A model generated the notes under the pieces. It saw only the letters and a list, made by a program, of their open reading frames with translations, searched no databases and was not told where the DNA came from. From Burkholderiaceae bacterium (GTDB lineage Bacteria > Pseudomonadota > Gammaproteobacteria > Burkholderiales > Burkholderiaceae_C), in the NCBI GenBank assembly GCA_965661935.1, contig CBFIFT010000002.1, positions 1 through 48,147 of the forward strand: a stretch of 48,147 nt of DNA, read 5' to 3'. A program made the translations under genes and the position numbers. Of this stretch, positions 27,905 to 38,415 are shown in pieces (positions within the stretch are counted from its first letter, which is position 1; each line of letters opens with the position of its first letter).

Positions 27905-28086
27905 TGAAATGCTCCTATTTGTTTGTGCTCGTGAGGCGAGTGAAAACGACTTTCACCACTTGTTGGCCCCGAGACACTTCTTTTGACAACAAAGCCCAAA
28001 GGCCTTGTCGTGTTGCCAGCGTCAGAAACACTGGCATGCAAATGGGGCCGAGGCCCCACTTCGCATTGGGCGGCAAGATCACTTTT

Positions 28087-28683
28087 TCAAGTGGCCTCTG
28101 CTTCAGCGTCCTTGGACGCTTTGGCCTGCCCACCAGGCTTTTTACGACCTGGTGCAATCATCATGATCATTTGGCGACCTTCCATCTTTGGGAAAGACTC
28201 CACCGTGATCGTATCTCCTAGATCATCGCGAATTCGCTCTAGCAAAGCCGCGCCCAACTCTTGGTGCGTGATCTCTCTACCCCGAAATCTCAGCGTGATC
28301 TTGCACTTATCGCCGTCTTCGATGAAACGACGGATGTTGCGCATCTTCACGTTGTAATCACCATCATCGGTGCCTGGGCGAAACTTCACCTCTTTGACTT
28401 CGATGACTTTTTGCTTGGACTTGGCTTCTGCAGCCTTTTTCTGTTCTTGATACTTGAACTTACCGTAGTCCATCAAACGACAAACAGGTGGAACGGCTGT
28501 GGCTGAAATCTCAACCAAATCCACATCCAGTTCTCCTGCCAAGCGCAATGCCTCTTGCGTAGGCAATACGCCCAAGGGCTCATTGTCCGGTCCATTGACC
28601 CGCACTTCTGGGGCCATGATCTCTCGGTTCAACTTGTGCTTGCGCTCTTCTCGACGGCGTCGGTCACGAAAATCAGTAGCGAT
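28087..28683 (-). CDS. infC: Translation initiation factor IF-3, non-canonical ATC start
   Basis: [37 protein letters not shown]; in-frame ATC at 28683 with AAGGA SD 8 nt upstream extends the ORF by 17 codons. Confidence 0.95.
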   Translation of the reverse strand: MATDFRDRRRREERKHKLNREIMAPEVRVNGPDNEPLGVLPTQEALRLAGELDVDLVEISATAVPPVCRLMDYGKFKYQEQKKAAEAKSKQKVIEVKEVKFRPGTDDGDYNVKMRNIRRFIEDGDKCKITLRFRGREITHQELGAALLERIRDDLGDTITVESFPKMEGRQMIMMIAPGRKKPGGQAKASKDAEAEAT

Positions 28684-28753
28684 GACTCAATCCTTTGGCT
28701 GGATACACCCAGCAAAAATCAACAATGGGCTGCGAACCACGGGCAAATGAAAC

Positions 28754-30661
28754 CTAGGTCTTGTCTGCAATGGCCTGACTCACCAGTTGGGTGAAGGCTT
28801 CGACAGTCATAACCCCTAAATCTTGGTTGCCACGGGCTCGCACCGCGACAGTCCCTGCTTCTCGCTCTTTATCGCCAATCACAGCGATAAAAGGCACTTT
28901 TTGCAAAGACCAACCCCGTATTTTAGCGTTAATTTTCTCGTTTGCGAGGTCTGACCGCACCCTAAGCCCTTGATTGCGCATCGTTTTAGCCACAGTTTCA
29001 CACGTTTCAGCCTGGGCGTCGGTGATATTCAAGACCACGGCTTGGACCGGTGAGAGCCATGTCGGCAGGATACCTGCGTGCTCTTCGATCAGGATGCCGA
29101 TGAATCGCTCTAGGCTGCCCACAATGGCCCGGTGCAGCATCACAGGTGTGCGGCGCTGCCCCAACTCATCGACGTACTCTGCCCCCAAACGCTCTGGCAT
29201 GAAGAAGTCCACCTGAATGGTGCCGCATTGCCAGTGACGCCCGATCGCATCTTTCAGCGTGTACTCAATCTTGGGGCCATAGAAGGCGCCTTCACCGGGC
29301 GAAATTTCAAATTCGCAACCTGCTCGGGTGAGGCTTTCAATCAAGGCGGCCTCAGCCTTATCCCAGCTTTCATCTGAACCAATTCGAGCATCTGGTCGTG
29401 TGGCGACCTTGTAAATGATGTTGGTAAATCCAAAATCGGCATAGACTTTTTGCAGCAATGCCGTGTACTCGACGCATTCGGCCAAAATTTGGTCTTCGGT
29501 ACAGAAAATATGCCCGTCATCTTGGGTAAATCCACGCACACGCATGATGCCGTGAAGGCCACCCGAGGGCTCATTGCGGTGACATTGGCCAAACTCACCC
29601 AAACGCAGAGGCAGATCTCGATAGCTCTTGATGCCTTGGTTGAAAATCAAAATATGGCCAGGACAGTTCATCGGCTTGAGCGCATAGTCGCGCTTTTCCG
29701 ACTCGGTGGTGAACATGTTCTCGCGGTACTTGTCCCAGTGCCCAGTCTTTTCCCAAAGCGTCTTGTCCAACAACTGCGGACCCTTGACCTCTTGATACCC
29801 GTTTTCCAGGTACACCCGACGCATGTATTGCTCGACCTCTTGCCACACCGTCCAGCCTTTGGCATGCCAGAACACCACACCAGGCGCGTGCTCGTCGATG
29901 TGAAACAAATCCAGTTCTTTGCCAAGCTTTCGGTGATCTCGCTTCTCGGCCTCTTCCAACATCGTGAGGTATTGCTTGAGATCGTCTTTGGTGGCCCACG
30001 CCGTGCCATAAATGCGTTGCAGCATCTCGTTGCGGTGGTCCCCGCGCCAATACGCGCCCGCCACTTTCATCAACTTGAAGTGCTTGAGCTTGCCTGTGCT
30101 GGGTACGTGTGGGCCACGACACAGGTCTTCGAACACGCCCTCTCGGTAGAGACTCACGTCCTCGTCGCTGGGAATGCTTTCAATGAGCTCAGCCTTGTAG
30201 TGCTCACCCAGCGCTTTGAAATGGCTCACTGCCTCATCGCGAGGCAGCACGCGCCTGAGAACGGGTTCGTCTTTGTTTGCCAGCTCGGTCATGCGCTGCT
30301 CAATGGCCTGCAGATCTTCTGGGGTAAACGGCCTTTTGTAGGCAAAGTCGTAATAAAACCCATTCTCGATCACCGGACCAATGGTGACCTGAGCATCTGG
30401 GAAAAGTTCTTTGACAGCATAAGCCAGCAGGTGCGCGGTGGAGTGGCGAATCATCTCCAAACCGTCTGCGTCTTTGGCGGTGACGATGGCCAATTGGGCG
30501 TCGGCGTTGACCACATGGCTGGAATCAACCAGTTGGCCATTGACACGGCCACCGAGCGCAGCCTTGGCCAGCCCAGCGCCAATCGATGCAGCCACATCGG
30601 CCACCGAAACTGGGCCCTCAAACTCGCGTTGCGAGCCGTCAGGCAAGGTGATTTGAATCAT
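28754..30661 (-). CDS. thrS: Threonine-tRNA ligase
   Basis: ITLPDGS TGS domain, [49 protein letters not shown]. Confidence 0.99.
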   Translation of the reverse strand: MIQITLPDGSQREFEGPVSVADVAASIGAGLAKAALGGRVNGQLVDSSHVVNADAQLAIVTAKDADGLEMIRHSTAHLLAYAVKELFPDAQVTIGPVIENGFYYDFAYKRPFTPEDLQAIEQRMTELANKDEPVLRRVLPRDEAVSHFKALGEHYKAELIESIPSDEDVSLYREGVFEDLCRGPHVPSTGKLKHFKLMKVAGAYWRGDHRNEMLQRIYGTAWATKDDLKQYLTMLEEAEKRDHRKLGKELDLFHIDEHAPGVVFWHAKGWTVWQEVEQYMRRVYLENGYQEVKGPQLLDKTLWEKTGHWDKYRENMFTTESEKRDYALKPMNCPGHILIFNQGIKSYRDLPLRLGEFGQCHRNEPSGGLHGIMRVRGFTQDDGHIFCTEDQILAECVEYTALLQKVYADFGFTNIIYKVATRPDARIGSDESWDKAEAALIESLTRAGCEFEISPGEGAFYGPKIEYTLKDAIGRHWQCGTIQVDFFMPERLGAEYVDELGQRRTPVMLHRAIVGSLERFIGILIEEHAGILPTWLSPVQAVVLNITDAQAETCETVAKTMRNQGLRVRSDLANEKINAKIRGWSLQKVPFIAVIGDKEREAGTVAVRARGNQDLGVMTVEAFTQLVSQAIADKT

Positions 30662-30877
30662 GCCATGTATCCTTCAATCCGTCAGAGTTGAACCGAGTTT
30701 GATCCACGGCATGCGCCACTGCAGCCGCTGCAACCCAGCCCAAGAAGAAACCCGCTGACCATGGGGTCTCATTTGTAGCAAGCCTTGCAGTTTAACAGCC
30801 CACGGCCTATGAACCCTAGGCGATTGGGACTTTTGCGACGCACCGGAAAGCAACTGGAACCGCTTATGATGCGGGGC

Positions 30878-31276
30878 ATGTGGATGCAGCTTATCGCCCT
30901 TTGTAGTGGAGCCAGCGCAGGAGCCGTCGCCCGGTGGCAACTGAGTCTTTGGCTCAACGACTACCCCAACAACGCCATTCCATGGGGCACTTGGGTGGCC
31001 AACGCCTTGGGGGCCTACCTTATTGGGCTGGTGGTTTCTTTGCTGCAAAGCAATCCTCAGATAGATCCAGTGTGGCGACTGGTCCTGGTGACAGGCTTCT
31101 TAGGTGCGCTCACAACTTTTTCAACGTTCTCAATCGAAACGCTGGACCTACTCCAAGCTGGCAAAGCTGGATGGGCCATCACCAATGCGGCCCTGAACTT
31201 AGGGGGCAGCTTGATGCTCACTTGGCTGGGGGTACTGAGCGCCCAGTGGTGGCTAGGCGCTCAACGCATCAGCTGA
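30878..31276 (+). CDS. crcB: Fluoride efflux channel Fluc/CrcB
   Basis: GAVARW, PWGTWVANALG, TGFLGALTTFSTF; four TM helices; start uncertain (30878 or 30884). Confidence 0.93.
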   Translation: MWMQLIALCSGASAGAVARWQLSLWLNDYPNNAIPWGTWVANALGAYLIGLVVSLLQSNPQIDPVWRLVLVTGFLGALTTFSTFSIETLDLLQAGKAGWAITNAALNLGGSLMLTWLGVLSAQWWLGAQRIS

Positions 31277-32371
31277 TCAATCTAAGCCGCAGACTTGATC
31301 GCCTGGATCGTTGTGGGGTTGGTCGCGCAGGGTTTTAGCGGTGCCCACCTCCATGTCTCTAGGCAAAGTGACATTGTTCTTCACCGCCAAAACCTCGGCC
31401 ATGATGCTCACCGCAATCTCAGACGGGGTTTTGCTGCCGATGTATATGCCAATTGGTCCGCGCAAACGGGACAGGTCCGACGCAGACTTATCGAAATGCT
31501 GCATCATGCGCTCGTGTCGGCTGGCATGGTTGCGCCGCGAACCGATGGCGCCGACATAAAACGCGTCGGTATCTAATGCTTCGAGCAAAGCCAAGTCATC
31601 CAGCTTGGGGTCATGGGTCAATGCAATCACACAAGTGCGATGATCAGGCGCAAAGGCCAACACGACGTCATCGGGCATCTCAGACACCACCTTCGCACCG
31701 GGCACCGCCCACGCGCCTCGGTATTCATCTCGGGGGTCACAGACCGTGACCGCAAAGCCAGAGAACAAGGCCATCGTGGCAAGGTATTCACTGAGTTGAC
31801 CTGCGCCAATCAAAAGCATTCGAAACTCTGGCCCAAAGGTATTCACCAAATGGCTTTCGGTCAAACTCAGCTCTGCGGGCTTTTGACAGGCGTTGAGCGC
31901 TACGCGCCCCGTCTGCAACTCGACTGTGCGCTGGACCAGTTGTCCCGCTTCAAGGGATTCAATCAAAGATTTCAAATCAAGCGGATCGGGATCGAACTCC
32001 AGCAGCAGCTCAAGTGTGCCGCCACAAGGCAATCCAAACCGGTGGGCTTCGTCGGCTGAAATGCCGTACTTGATGCGCTTGGGCGCGCCGCTGGGTATGA
32101 CTCGATCAACCGCATGCTCGCCCTCAGCGCCTGGCTGACCAGGCGCTTGGTGCTGCGAATAGGCGCGCGTGTATTGGTCAATCAAATCGTCTTCGATGCA
32201 GCCACCGCTCACAGAACCAACGACCGCACCATCTTCACACAAGGCCATGATGGAGCCGACTGGTCTAGGAGAGGAGCCCCACGTTCGAACGACAGTGGCC
32301 ATCAACGCCCTGCGCCCCTGACTTCGCCATTGAAGCAAAGTCCTCAACACCATCACGTCTAAGTTCTCCAA
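31277..32371 (-). CDS. xdhC: XdhC/CoxF-family molybdoenzyme maturation factor
   Basis: ATVVRTWGSSPRP, GSVSGGCIE, GLPCGG, THDPKLDD, YVGAIGSR, EIAVSIMAE. Confidence 0.93.
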   Translation of the reverse strand: MENLDVMVLRTLLQWRSQGRRALMATVVRTWGSSPRPVGSIMALCEDGAVVGSVSGGCIEDDLIDQYTRAYSQHQAPGQPGAEGEHAVDRVIPSGAPKRIKYGISADEAHRFGLPCGGTLELLLEFDPDPLDLKSLIESLEAGQLVQRTVELQTGRVALNACQKPAELSLTESHLVNTFGPEFRMLLIGAGQLSEYLATMALFSGFAVTVCDPRDEYRGAWAVPGAKVVSEMPDDVVLAFAPDHRTCVIALTHDPKLDDLALLEALDTDAFYVGAIGSRRNHASRHERMMQHFDKSASDLSRLRGPIGIYIGSKTPSEIAVSIMAEVLAVKNNVTLPRDMEVGTAKTLRDQPHNDPGDQVCGLD

Positions 32372-32393
32372 GGCGAACTCCTAGGCTAAGTGC

Positions 32394-32987
32394 TCAGATC
32401 AACCAAATCCAAGCTGACGTTAAAACGAATGCGCCCAACCCCCAGCCCAACGGCGCCCAAACCGCGGCCAATGGGTCCGCGATTGGTGTCTGCGCTATTG
32501 CAGCGCCGCCTGGTGCTGCCACTGGGTCAGCCTCGGTCTTGCCAAAACGGCGGGTCATCTCATTGTCAAAGCGTTTGAAAAAGTCCTCGGCCAAAGAGCG
32601 CGCTGCACCGTCAATCAAACGTTGCCCCAATTGAGCAACCTTGCCGCCGACTTGAGCCGAGACGCTGTAATCCAAGCGAGTCCCCGATTCGATGGGCGTC
32701 AACGAGACTTTAGATGTGCCTTTGCCGAAGCCCGCAGGACCTCCTTGCCCTTCAAAGCTCAACTCATAGCTCTGTGGAGGTTGCATGTTGCTGAGTGTGA
32801 TGCTGCCAGTGAAGCGGGCCGCCACAGGACCGATGCGCAGAGCCATGCCAATCGAGTAAGCGTTCTCACCGCTGGGCTCTACCTTTTCGCAGCCCGGGAT
32901 ACAGGCTTTTAAAACCTCTGGGTCGTTCAGTGCATCCCATGCCTGCTGTTGCGTTACGCCAAGATCTCGGCTACCTTGCATTTCCAT
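32394..32987 (-). CDS. coxG: CoxG-family SRPBCC protein with C-terminal membrane anchor
   Basis: WDALNDPEVLKACIPGC, GGKVAQLGQRLID, hydrophobic C-terminal tail. Confidence 0.92.
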   Translation of the reverse strand: MEMQGSRDLGVTQQQAWDALNDPEVLKACIPGCEKVEPSGENAYSIGMALRIGPVAARFTGSITLSNMQPPQSYELSFEGQGGPAGFGKGTSKVSLTPIESGTRLDYSVSAQVGGKVAQLGQRLIDGAARSLAEDFFKRFDNEMTRRFGKTEADPVAAPGGAAIAQTPIADPLAAVWAPLGWGLGAFVLTSAWIWLI

Positions 32988-32988
32988 C

Positions 32989-34200
32989 TTATTGCTCCTT
33001 CAATGCGCGCTCAACGCTGCGCGCCAAGTCTTTCAAATGTTCAATGTTGTGCACCGCCACCGTGGCGTGTGCCCGCTGATGCAAAACCTTTGCGCCGGAT
33101 GCGAGTGGCTCGTAGGCATCAAACCTCAGTAGCGGATTAAGCCACAACAGTTTGCGAGTGTGCCTGTTTAACCAAACCAACTCTTGGTCAAGGGCTTCCG
33201 CAGCCCCTGTATCCAACCCGTCGCTGATCAGCAAAACAACCGTGCGTTTACCAACCAAACGCCGCGCGTGGGCTTGGCGCAGCTGTGCAAGAGAGTCGCC
33301 CAATCGGGTGCCTCCAGCGAAGTCATGGACCAAGTCCTGTACCGCATCCAACATGTCATCGGTATCTGGAAGCGCAAACGCACTCGATAAATCGGTCAAC
33401 TCGGTGCCAAAGGCAAACACATCGCGCCGCCCCACGCGCCACGCCCTGCCGCGCGCAGCGCCTCGCTGCAATGCTGCGTGCAAATATGCCAACAACATAC
33501 GCACATACCGCTCCATAGAGCCAGACACATCGACCAGTACCAAAAGTGGCAAGACCTCTTGGGCGCGACCCATGCGCGGCAGCTGGACACACTCGCCTCC
33601 TAAGCGAGCTGTGGCGCTGACCATGCGCGACCAATCTAGCTGTGCAGCAGAATGCTGTGGCACATAGCGGCGCGCTTGAATTTTGGGGAAAGGCAATGGG
33701 ATGTCTCTCACCAGCTGCTGAACCAAAGTGAACTCGCTAGAAGAGAGCGTGTTGAAATCTGCCCGTTGCAAACGTTGGCTTTGACTGGCTGTCATGGCTG
33801 CATCAAATTTCACAGCTTCATCGGCCGGCTTAGCTTTGTTGGATGCAGCAGGGGTCAGCGGCCGCAGGGCGTCTTGGGTGCGCATTCGCTGGGAACTGGG
33901 GTTGGCCTTACCCTGCGACTGCGGCAGCAACTGAGCCAGCAATTTGTTGGCGACCTCGGGGTCACGAAAATACGCATCAAACAACTCTTGAAAGATCACG
34001 CGCTGACTGATGTCGCTGATCAGAGTGCTCTCTAGCGCATAGCGCCAATCCGCCTTCGAGTCTGGCTCGATACACAAAAGAGCTTGCGTCGCCACCGCAA
34101 TGCGCTGACTGTCGACCGGTAGCCCTGCACGACGCAGAGCACGGCCAAAGCCCACCAAGTTCGACGCCAATTTGCCACGGCGCGCATCACCCCAACTCAT
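32989..34200 (-). CDS. coxE: CoxE-like VWA domain protein
   Basis: FGRALRRAG, DVSGSMERY MIDAS, GGTRLG, ISDGLD, WLNPL. Confidence 0.9.
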   Translation of the reverse strand: MSWGDARRGKLASNLVGFGRALRRAGLPVDSQRIAVATQALLCIEPDSKADWRYALESTLISDISQRVIFQELFDAYFRDPEVANKLLAQLLPQSQGKANPSSQRMRTQDALRPLTPAASNKAKPADEAVKFDAAMTASQSQRLQRADFNTLSSSEFTLVQQLVRDIPLPFPKIQARRYVPQHSAAQLDWSRMVSATARLGGECVQLPRMGRAQEVLPLLVLVDVSGSMERYVRMLLAYLHAALQRGAARGRAWRVGRRDVFAFGTELTDLSSAFALPDTDDMLDAVQDLVHDFAGGTRLGDSLAQLRQAHARRLVGKRTVVLLISDGLDTGAAEALDQELVWLNRHTRKLLWLNPLLRFDAYEPLASGAKVLHQRAHATVAVHNIEHLKDLARSVERALKEQ

Positions 34201-34208
34201 GGCTCACC

Positions 34209-35120
34209 TCAAGCAGATGGGCTGGCATCTGTGAAAAGCTGGTCCATGACTTCTGGGGTCAAGGCTGCCACGTCCTCACGCTGCTTAAACAAGACACCAG
34301 CAGTATTCGTGAGGACCTCGGGATCCACCACCAGCGAATCCATCGCGACCAAGGCCTTGGCCCAATCAACGCTCTCTGCGATGCCGGGTGCGCGCCCAAA
34401 CTGCGTAGCCATGGGTTGTGACCTGAGCCGCTGAACAAAATCAGCGACTTGCGCGGCCAAAGCCTCACTGGCCTCAGGCACTTGGTTGCGCACAATGGTG
34501 AGTTCACGCTCTCGATCGGGGTAGTCCAACCAGTGGTACAGGCAACGGCGTTTGACCGCGTCATTCAGATCTCGGGTTCGGTTGCTGGTCAAAATGGTGA
34601 CCGGTTTAGCCTGCGCACGCAGCGCCCCCAACTCGGGGATGGTGACTTGAAACTCGCCCAAGTACTCCAAGAGAAAGGCTTCAAAGGGCTCATCTGCACG
34701 ATCAACCTCATCGATGAGCAACACCGCGCCAGGTTCGGGCGCCTGCAGGGCCTGCAACAAAGGGCGGCGTATCAAATACTCCTCTTGGTAGACCTCACGC
34801 TCGACTTCAGATACGTTCAAGCTGCCATCGACGCGACCTTGTGCTTCAGCCGCACGCATGTGCAACAACTGGGCAGCGTAATTCCACTCGTACAAAGCCT
34901 CTCGCTGTTCTAGCCCGTCGTAGCACTGCAGGCGAATCAGCGCCCGCGACAAAGCCTGAGAAAGCGCTTTAGCCAACTCGGTCTTGCCAACACCCGGCTC
35001 GCCTTCAAGCAGCAAGGGACGACCCAATTTAAGCGCCAAGAACACCGATGTCGCAAGCCGCCGATCTGCGTAGTAGCCCTCGTGTTCGAGGGCAGAGATC
35101 ACTTCATCAATTGATTTCAA
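34209..35120 (-). CDS. coxD: CoxD-like MoxR AAA+ ATPase
   Basis: GEPGVGKT, RLQCYDGL, LYEWNY, LLIDEVDRAD, KRRCLY; TTG start at 35120 with GAGG SD. Confidence 0.92.
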   Translation of the reverse strand: MKSIDEVISALEHEGYYADRRLATSVFLALKLGRPLLLEGEPGVGKTELAKALSQALSRALIRLQCYDGLEQREALYEWNYAAQLLHMRAAEAQGRVDGSLNVSEVEREVYQEEYLIRRPLLQALQAPEPGAVLLIDEVDRADEPFEAFLLEYLGEFQVTIPELGALRAQAKPVTILTSNRTRDLNDAVKRRCLYHWLDYPDRERELTIVRNQVPEASEALAAQVADFVQRLRSQPMATQFGRAPGIAESVDWAKALVAMDSLVVDPEVLTNTAGVLFKQREDVAALTPEVMDQLFTDASPSA

Positions 35121-35135
35121 AATACCCGCCTCATA

Positions 35136-35168
35136 ACAAATCAAAACGGGGCACCCGAGTGCCCCGTT
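35136..35168 (-). terminator. Terminator-like hairpin between coxM and coxD
   Basis: Perfect 10-bp stem AACGGGGCAC-TCGG-GTGCCCCGTT followed by TTGATTTGT on the minus strand. Confidence 0.7.
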
Positions 35169-35219
35169 CATCTGGCTAGGTGACTTGCCTGTTGGCTTCA
35201 GTCACCCTGACTGACCAGA

Positions 35220-36005
35220 TCATGCACTCGCTACGGCGCGCTGCGTGACCACACCCACGAGGTGAGCACGGTAAGCTGCGCTGCCATGGATGTCGCTGTT
35301 CAAGCCATCGGCAGGCACAGCCACACCGGCCACTGCTTGCGCACTGAAGTCAGTGTTCAATGCAGCCTCGAGCGGAGCGCATCGAAACACACCCGAACCA
35401 GCACCGGTCACAGCGACTCGCACACCGTCGGCATGCTTGGCGACAAATACACCGACCAAGGCAAACCGCGAGGCTTGCTGCTTGAACTTTTCATAGGCAG
35501 CCCGCTCGGGCTTGGGGAACGACACTGCCGTGATGATTTCATTGGGCTCTAACGCTGTCGCGTACATACCCAAGAAAAAATCATCCGCAGCGATGCGCCG
35601 GCGGTTGGTGATGATGGTCGCACCCAATGCCAATACAGCGGAAGGGTAGCAGGCCGCGGGATCGTTGTTTGCCAGCGAACCACCTATGGTGCCGCGCGCG
35701 CGCACTTGTCTATCCCCGATTCCGCCAGCCAAACAAGCCAGCGCCGGGATGGCTTTTTGCACGACCTCGCTCTCGGCAACGTCGGTGTGGCAAACCATAC
35801 CGCCGATCACCAAATTGTCACCCTCCATGCGGATACCTTGCAAATCAGTGATGCCGCCCAAATCTACCAACGTGCCGGGGGCAGCCAAACGCTGCTTCAT
35901 GGTTGCAATCAAGGTCTGACCGCCTGACAACGCCTGCCCACCCGCTTCAAGCAAGGCAACCGCTTGGTCTACCGTGCTGGGACGTTCATATTCACATGCA
36001 TACAT
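35220..36005 (-). CDS. coxM: FAD-binding medium subunit, CoxM/XDH family
   Basis: LSGGQTL, IGDRQVRARGTIGGSLANNDP, AYRAHL; AGGAG SD before the ATG at 36005. Confidence 0.92.
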   Translation of the reverse strand: MYACEYERPSTVDQAVALLEAGGQALSGGQTLIATMKQRLAAPGTLVDLGGITDLQGIRMEGDNLVIGGMVCHTDVAESEVVQKAIPALACLAGGIGDRQVRARGTIGGSLANNDPAACYPSAVLALGATIITNRRRIAADDFFLGMYATALEPNEIITAVSFPKPERAAYEKFKQQASRFALVGVFVAKHADGVRVAVTGAGSGVFRCAPLEAALNTDFSAQAVAGVAVPADGLNSDIHGSAAYRAHLVGVVTQRAVASA

Positions 36006-36024
36006 TTTCAATACTCCTAGGTAA

Positions 36025-38397
36025 TCAAGCCTTGGCAGCCTGGATAGCCGCCCACACACGCGCTGGCGATGCAGGCATATCAAAGTCTTTCACGCCAACT
36101 GTCGAAAGCGCATCCAAAACAGCGTTGATCACGGCAGGGGGCGAGCCGATCGCACCGGCCTCTCCGCAACCCTTGGTTCCCAATGGATTGTGCGTGCATG
36201 GCGTACAAACGTGTCCCAATTTGAACTCTGGGAAGTCGTCCGCCCTTGGCATTGCATAGTCTTGGAAACTACCCGTCAACAATTGCCCGGTCTCGGTGTC
36301 GTAGACGCAGTTTTCCATCAACGCTTGCCCAATGCCTTGCACCAGTCCGCCATGGACTTGGCCCTCCACGATCATGGGGTTGATGATGGTGCCAAAGTCA
36401 TCGACGGCGGTGAATCGATCAACCTTCACGACGCCAGTACTCGGATCAATCTCAACCTCGCAGATATAGGTTCCACCTGGGAATGTGAAGTTGGTCGGGT
36501 CGTAAAACGCTGTCTCGTTCAGACCTGGCTCCAACTTGTCCAACGGGTAGTTGTGAGGCACGTACGCCGTCAACGCCACTTGGGCAAATGGAATGGTCTT
36601 ATCCGTGCCTCTGACCGTGAAGTTGCCGTCGGCAAAATCGATGTCTTCATCACTGGCCTCAAGCAAGTGGGCCGCAATTTTTTTGGCCTTGTTTTCAATC
36701 TTGTCGAGCGCGCGCATGATGGCCGCACCACCCACTGATATGGACCGCGAGCCATAGGTACCCATGCCAAAAGGCACGCGCCCGGTGTCGCCATGAACGA
36801 CGTCGACTTGGTCAACGCTCAAGCCCAATCGCGCAGCAACCACTTGTGCAAACGTGGTCTCGTGACCCTGACCGTGGCTGTGCGAGCCCGTGAACACGGT
36901 CACGCTGCCTGTGGGGTGCACGCGAACCTCCCCGCACTCAAAGAGTCCAGCACGAGCACCCAGCGCGCCTGCGATGTTAGACGGCGCGATGCCGCAGGCT
37001 TCGATGTAGCTCGAGTAGCCCATGCCCCTCAAGAGCCCCTTGGCCGCGGATGCAGCCTTGCGCTCTTCAAAGCCCGCCACCTCAGCCAACTCTTGGGCCT
37101 GATCCATGCAAGCATGGAAATCGCCGGTATCGTATTGCAGCGCCACTGGGGTTTGGTATGGGAACTCGGTGATGAAGTTGCGCTTGCGGATTTCGGCCTG
37201 GCTCAAGCCCATGTCCCAAGCGCATCGGGTCACCAACCGCTCAAGCAGGTATGTGGCTTCAGGGCGTCCGGCGCCGCGGTAAGCATCTACAGGTGCTGTG
37301 TTGGTGAACCACGCGTCAACTTCGACGTAAACCTGCGGCGTCGTGTACTGACCCGCCAAGAGCGTGGCATACAGAATGGTGGGTACGGCCGTCGCAAACG
37401 TCGACAAGTAAGCACCCATGTTGGCATCGGTGTGCACGCGCATGGCCAAAAACTTACCGTTCGCATCCATGGCCATTTCTGCTTGCGAGACGTGGTCGCG
37501 CCCGTGGGCGTCACTCAGAAATGCTTCACCGCGTTCGCAATTCCATTTGATTGGCCGGTTCAGTTGCTTGGAAGCCCATGTCAGCGCGACGTCCTCGGCA
37601 TACAGGTAGATCTTGGAGCCAAAGCCACCGCCAACGTCTGGCGCAATCACACGCACTTTGTGCTCTGGCAAACCCAACACAAAAGCGGTCATCAACAAAC
37701 GCTCCACGTGCGGGTTCTGGTTCGACACGTGCAAGGTGTACTCATCGGATGCGCGGTTGTACTGCGCCAAGGCTGCCCGGGGCTCCATCGCGTTGGGCAC
37801 CAAGCGGTTGTTGACCAGATCAAGTTTGGTGATGTGGGCCGCAGTCTCAAACACGCTGTCAACAGCAGCCTTGTCGCCAATGGCCCACTTGTAGCAGTGG
37901 TTGTCTGGTGCCTCGGCATGCAAGGCTTCTGACGTTTTGGCTTGCTCGCAGGTCACTGACGCTTGCAATGGCGCGTAGTCGACCTCTACGGCTTCGGCGG
38001 CATCTTTGGCTTGCTGTAGCGTCTCGGCGACCACCATGGCGACGTGGTCACCCACATAGCGGGCCTTGCCTTGCGCCAACACGGGGTGAGGCGGCTCTTT
38101 CATCGGCTGGCCATCTGTGTCTGTGATCAGCCAGCCACAAGGCAAACCACCCATTTGTCCCTCAAGGTCAGCCCCTGTGAAGACTTTGACCACACCAGGC
38201 ATGGCCTCAGCGGCGCTGGTATTGATGCCATTAATTTTGGCGTGTGCATGGGGGGAGCGCACAAAAACAGCATGCGTTTGACCCGCTACGTTGATGTCAT
38301 CGGTGTAGTTGCCTGCACCGGTTAAAAAGCGCAAATCTTCTTTGCGCCGGACCGACTCACCGATGTGTGGCAAGTTAGCTAAATCAGTTGCACCCAT
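36025..38397 (-). CDS. coxL: Molybdopterin large subunit, form II (putative) CO dehydrogenase / XDH family
   Basis: RRKED, VGGGFGSK, active-site AYRGAGRPE (form II; not AYXCSFR), GQGHET, GTYGSRS, KGCGEAG. Confidence 0.92.
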   Translation of the reverse strand: MGATDLANLPHIGESVRRKEDLRFLTGAGNYTDDINVAGQTHAVFVRSPHAHAKINGINTSAAEAMPGVVKVFTGADLEGQMGGLPCGWLITDTDGQPMKEPPHPVLAQGKARYVGDHVAMVVAETLQQAKDAAEAVEVDYAPLQASVTCEQAKTSEALHAEAPDNHCYKWAIGDKAAVDSVFETAAHITKLDLVNNRLVPNAMEPRAALAQYNRASDEYTLHVSNQNPHVERLLMTAFVLGLPEHKVRVIAPDVGGGFGSKIYLYAEDVALTWASKQLNRPIKWNCERGEAFLSDAHGRDHVSQAEMAMDANGKFLAMRVHTDANMGAYLSTFATAVPTILYATLLAGQYTTPQVYVEVDAWFTNTAPVDAYRGAGRPEATYLLERLVTRCAWDMGLSQAEIRKRNFITEFPYQTPVALQYDTGDFHACMDQAQELAEVAGFEERKAASAAKGLLRGMGYSSYIEACGIAPSNIAGALGARAGLFECGEVRVHPTGSVTVFTGSHSHGQGHETTFAQVVAARLGLSVDQVDVVHGDTGRVPFGMGTYGSRSISVGGAAIMRALDKIENKAKKIAAHLLEASDEDIDFADGNFTVRGTDKTIPFAQVALTAYVPHNYPLDKLEPGLNETAFYDPTNFTFPGGTYICEVEIDPSTGVVKVDRFTAVDDFGTIINPMIVEGQVHGGLVQGIGQALMENCVYDTETGQLLTGSFQDYAMPRADDFPEFKLGHVCTPCTHNPLGTKGCGEAGAIGSPPAVINAVLDALSTVGVKDFDMPASPARVWAAIQAAKA

Positions 38398-38415
38398 GGC
38401 AGTTCTCCTTTGTGT

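Noticed and set aside
29450-30691. 413-aa plus-strand ORF
   Set aside because: Antisense shadow of thrS with no recognisable motifs; expected from codon bias in GC-rich genes
30818-30877. Possible fluoride riboswitch upstream of crcB (GGCGATTGG...GCTTATGATGC)
   Set aside because: The complementary TCGCC strand and the pseudoknot pairing are missing; only a superficial resemblance
30674-31048. 124-aa minus-strand ORF ending just before thrS
   Set aside because: Overlaps crcB antisense and has no recognisable homology; a short leader ORF (30674-30772) cannot be excluded but has no support
36793-37932. 379-aa plus-strand ORF (similar ones at 40810-41628 and 44246-45100)
   Set aside because: Antisense shadows of coxL, nuoN and nuoL with no independent coding evidence
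36025-38397. Bona fide (form I) aerobic CO dehydrogenase
   Set aside because: The motif is AYRGAGR and the order is S-L-M, both form II traits
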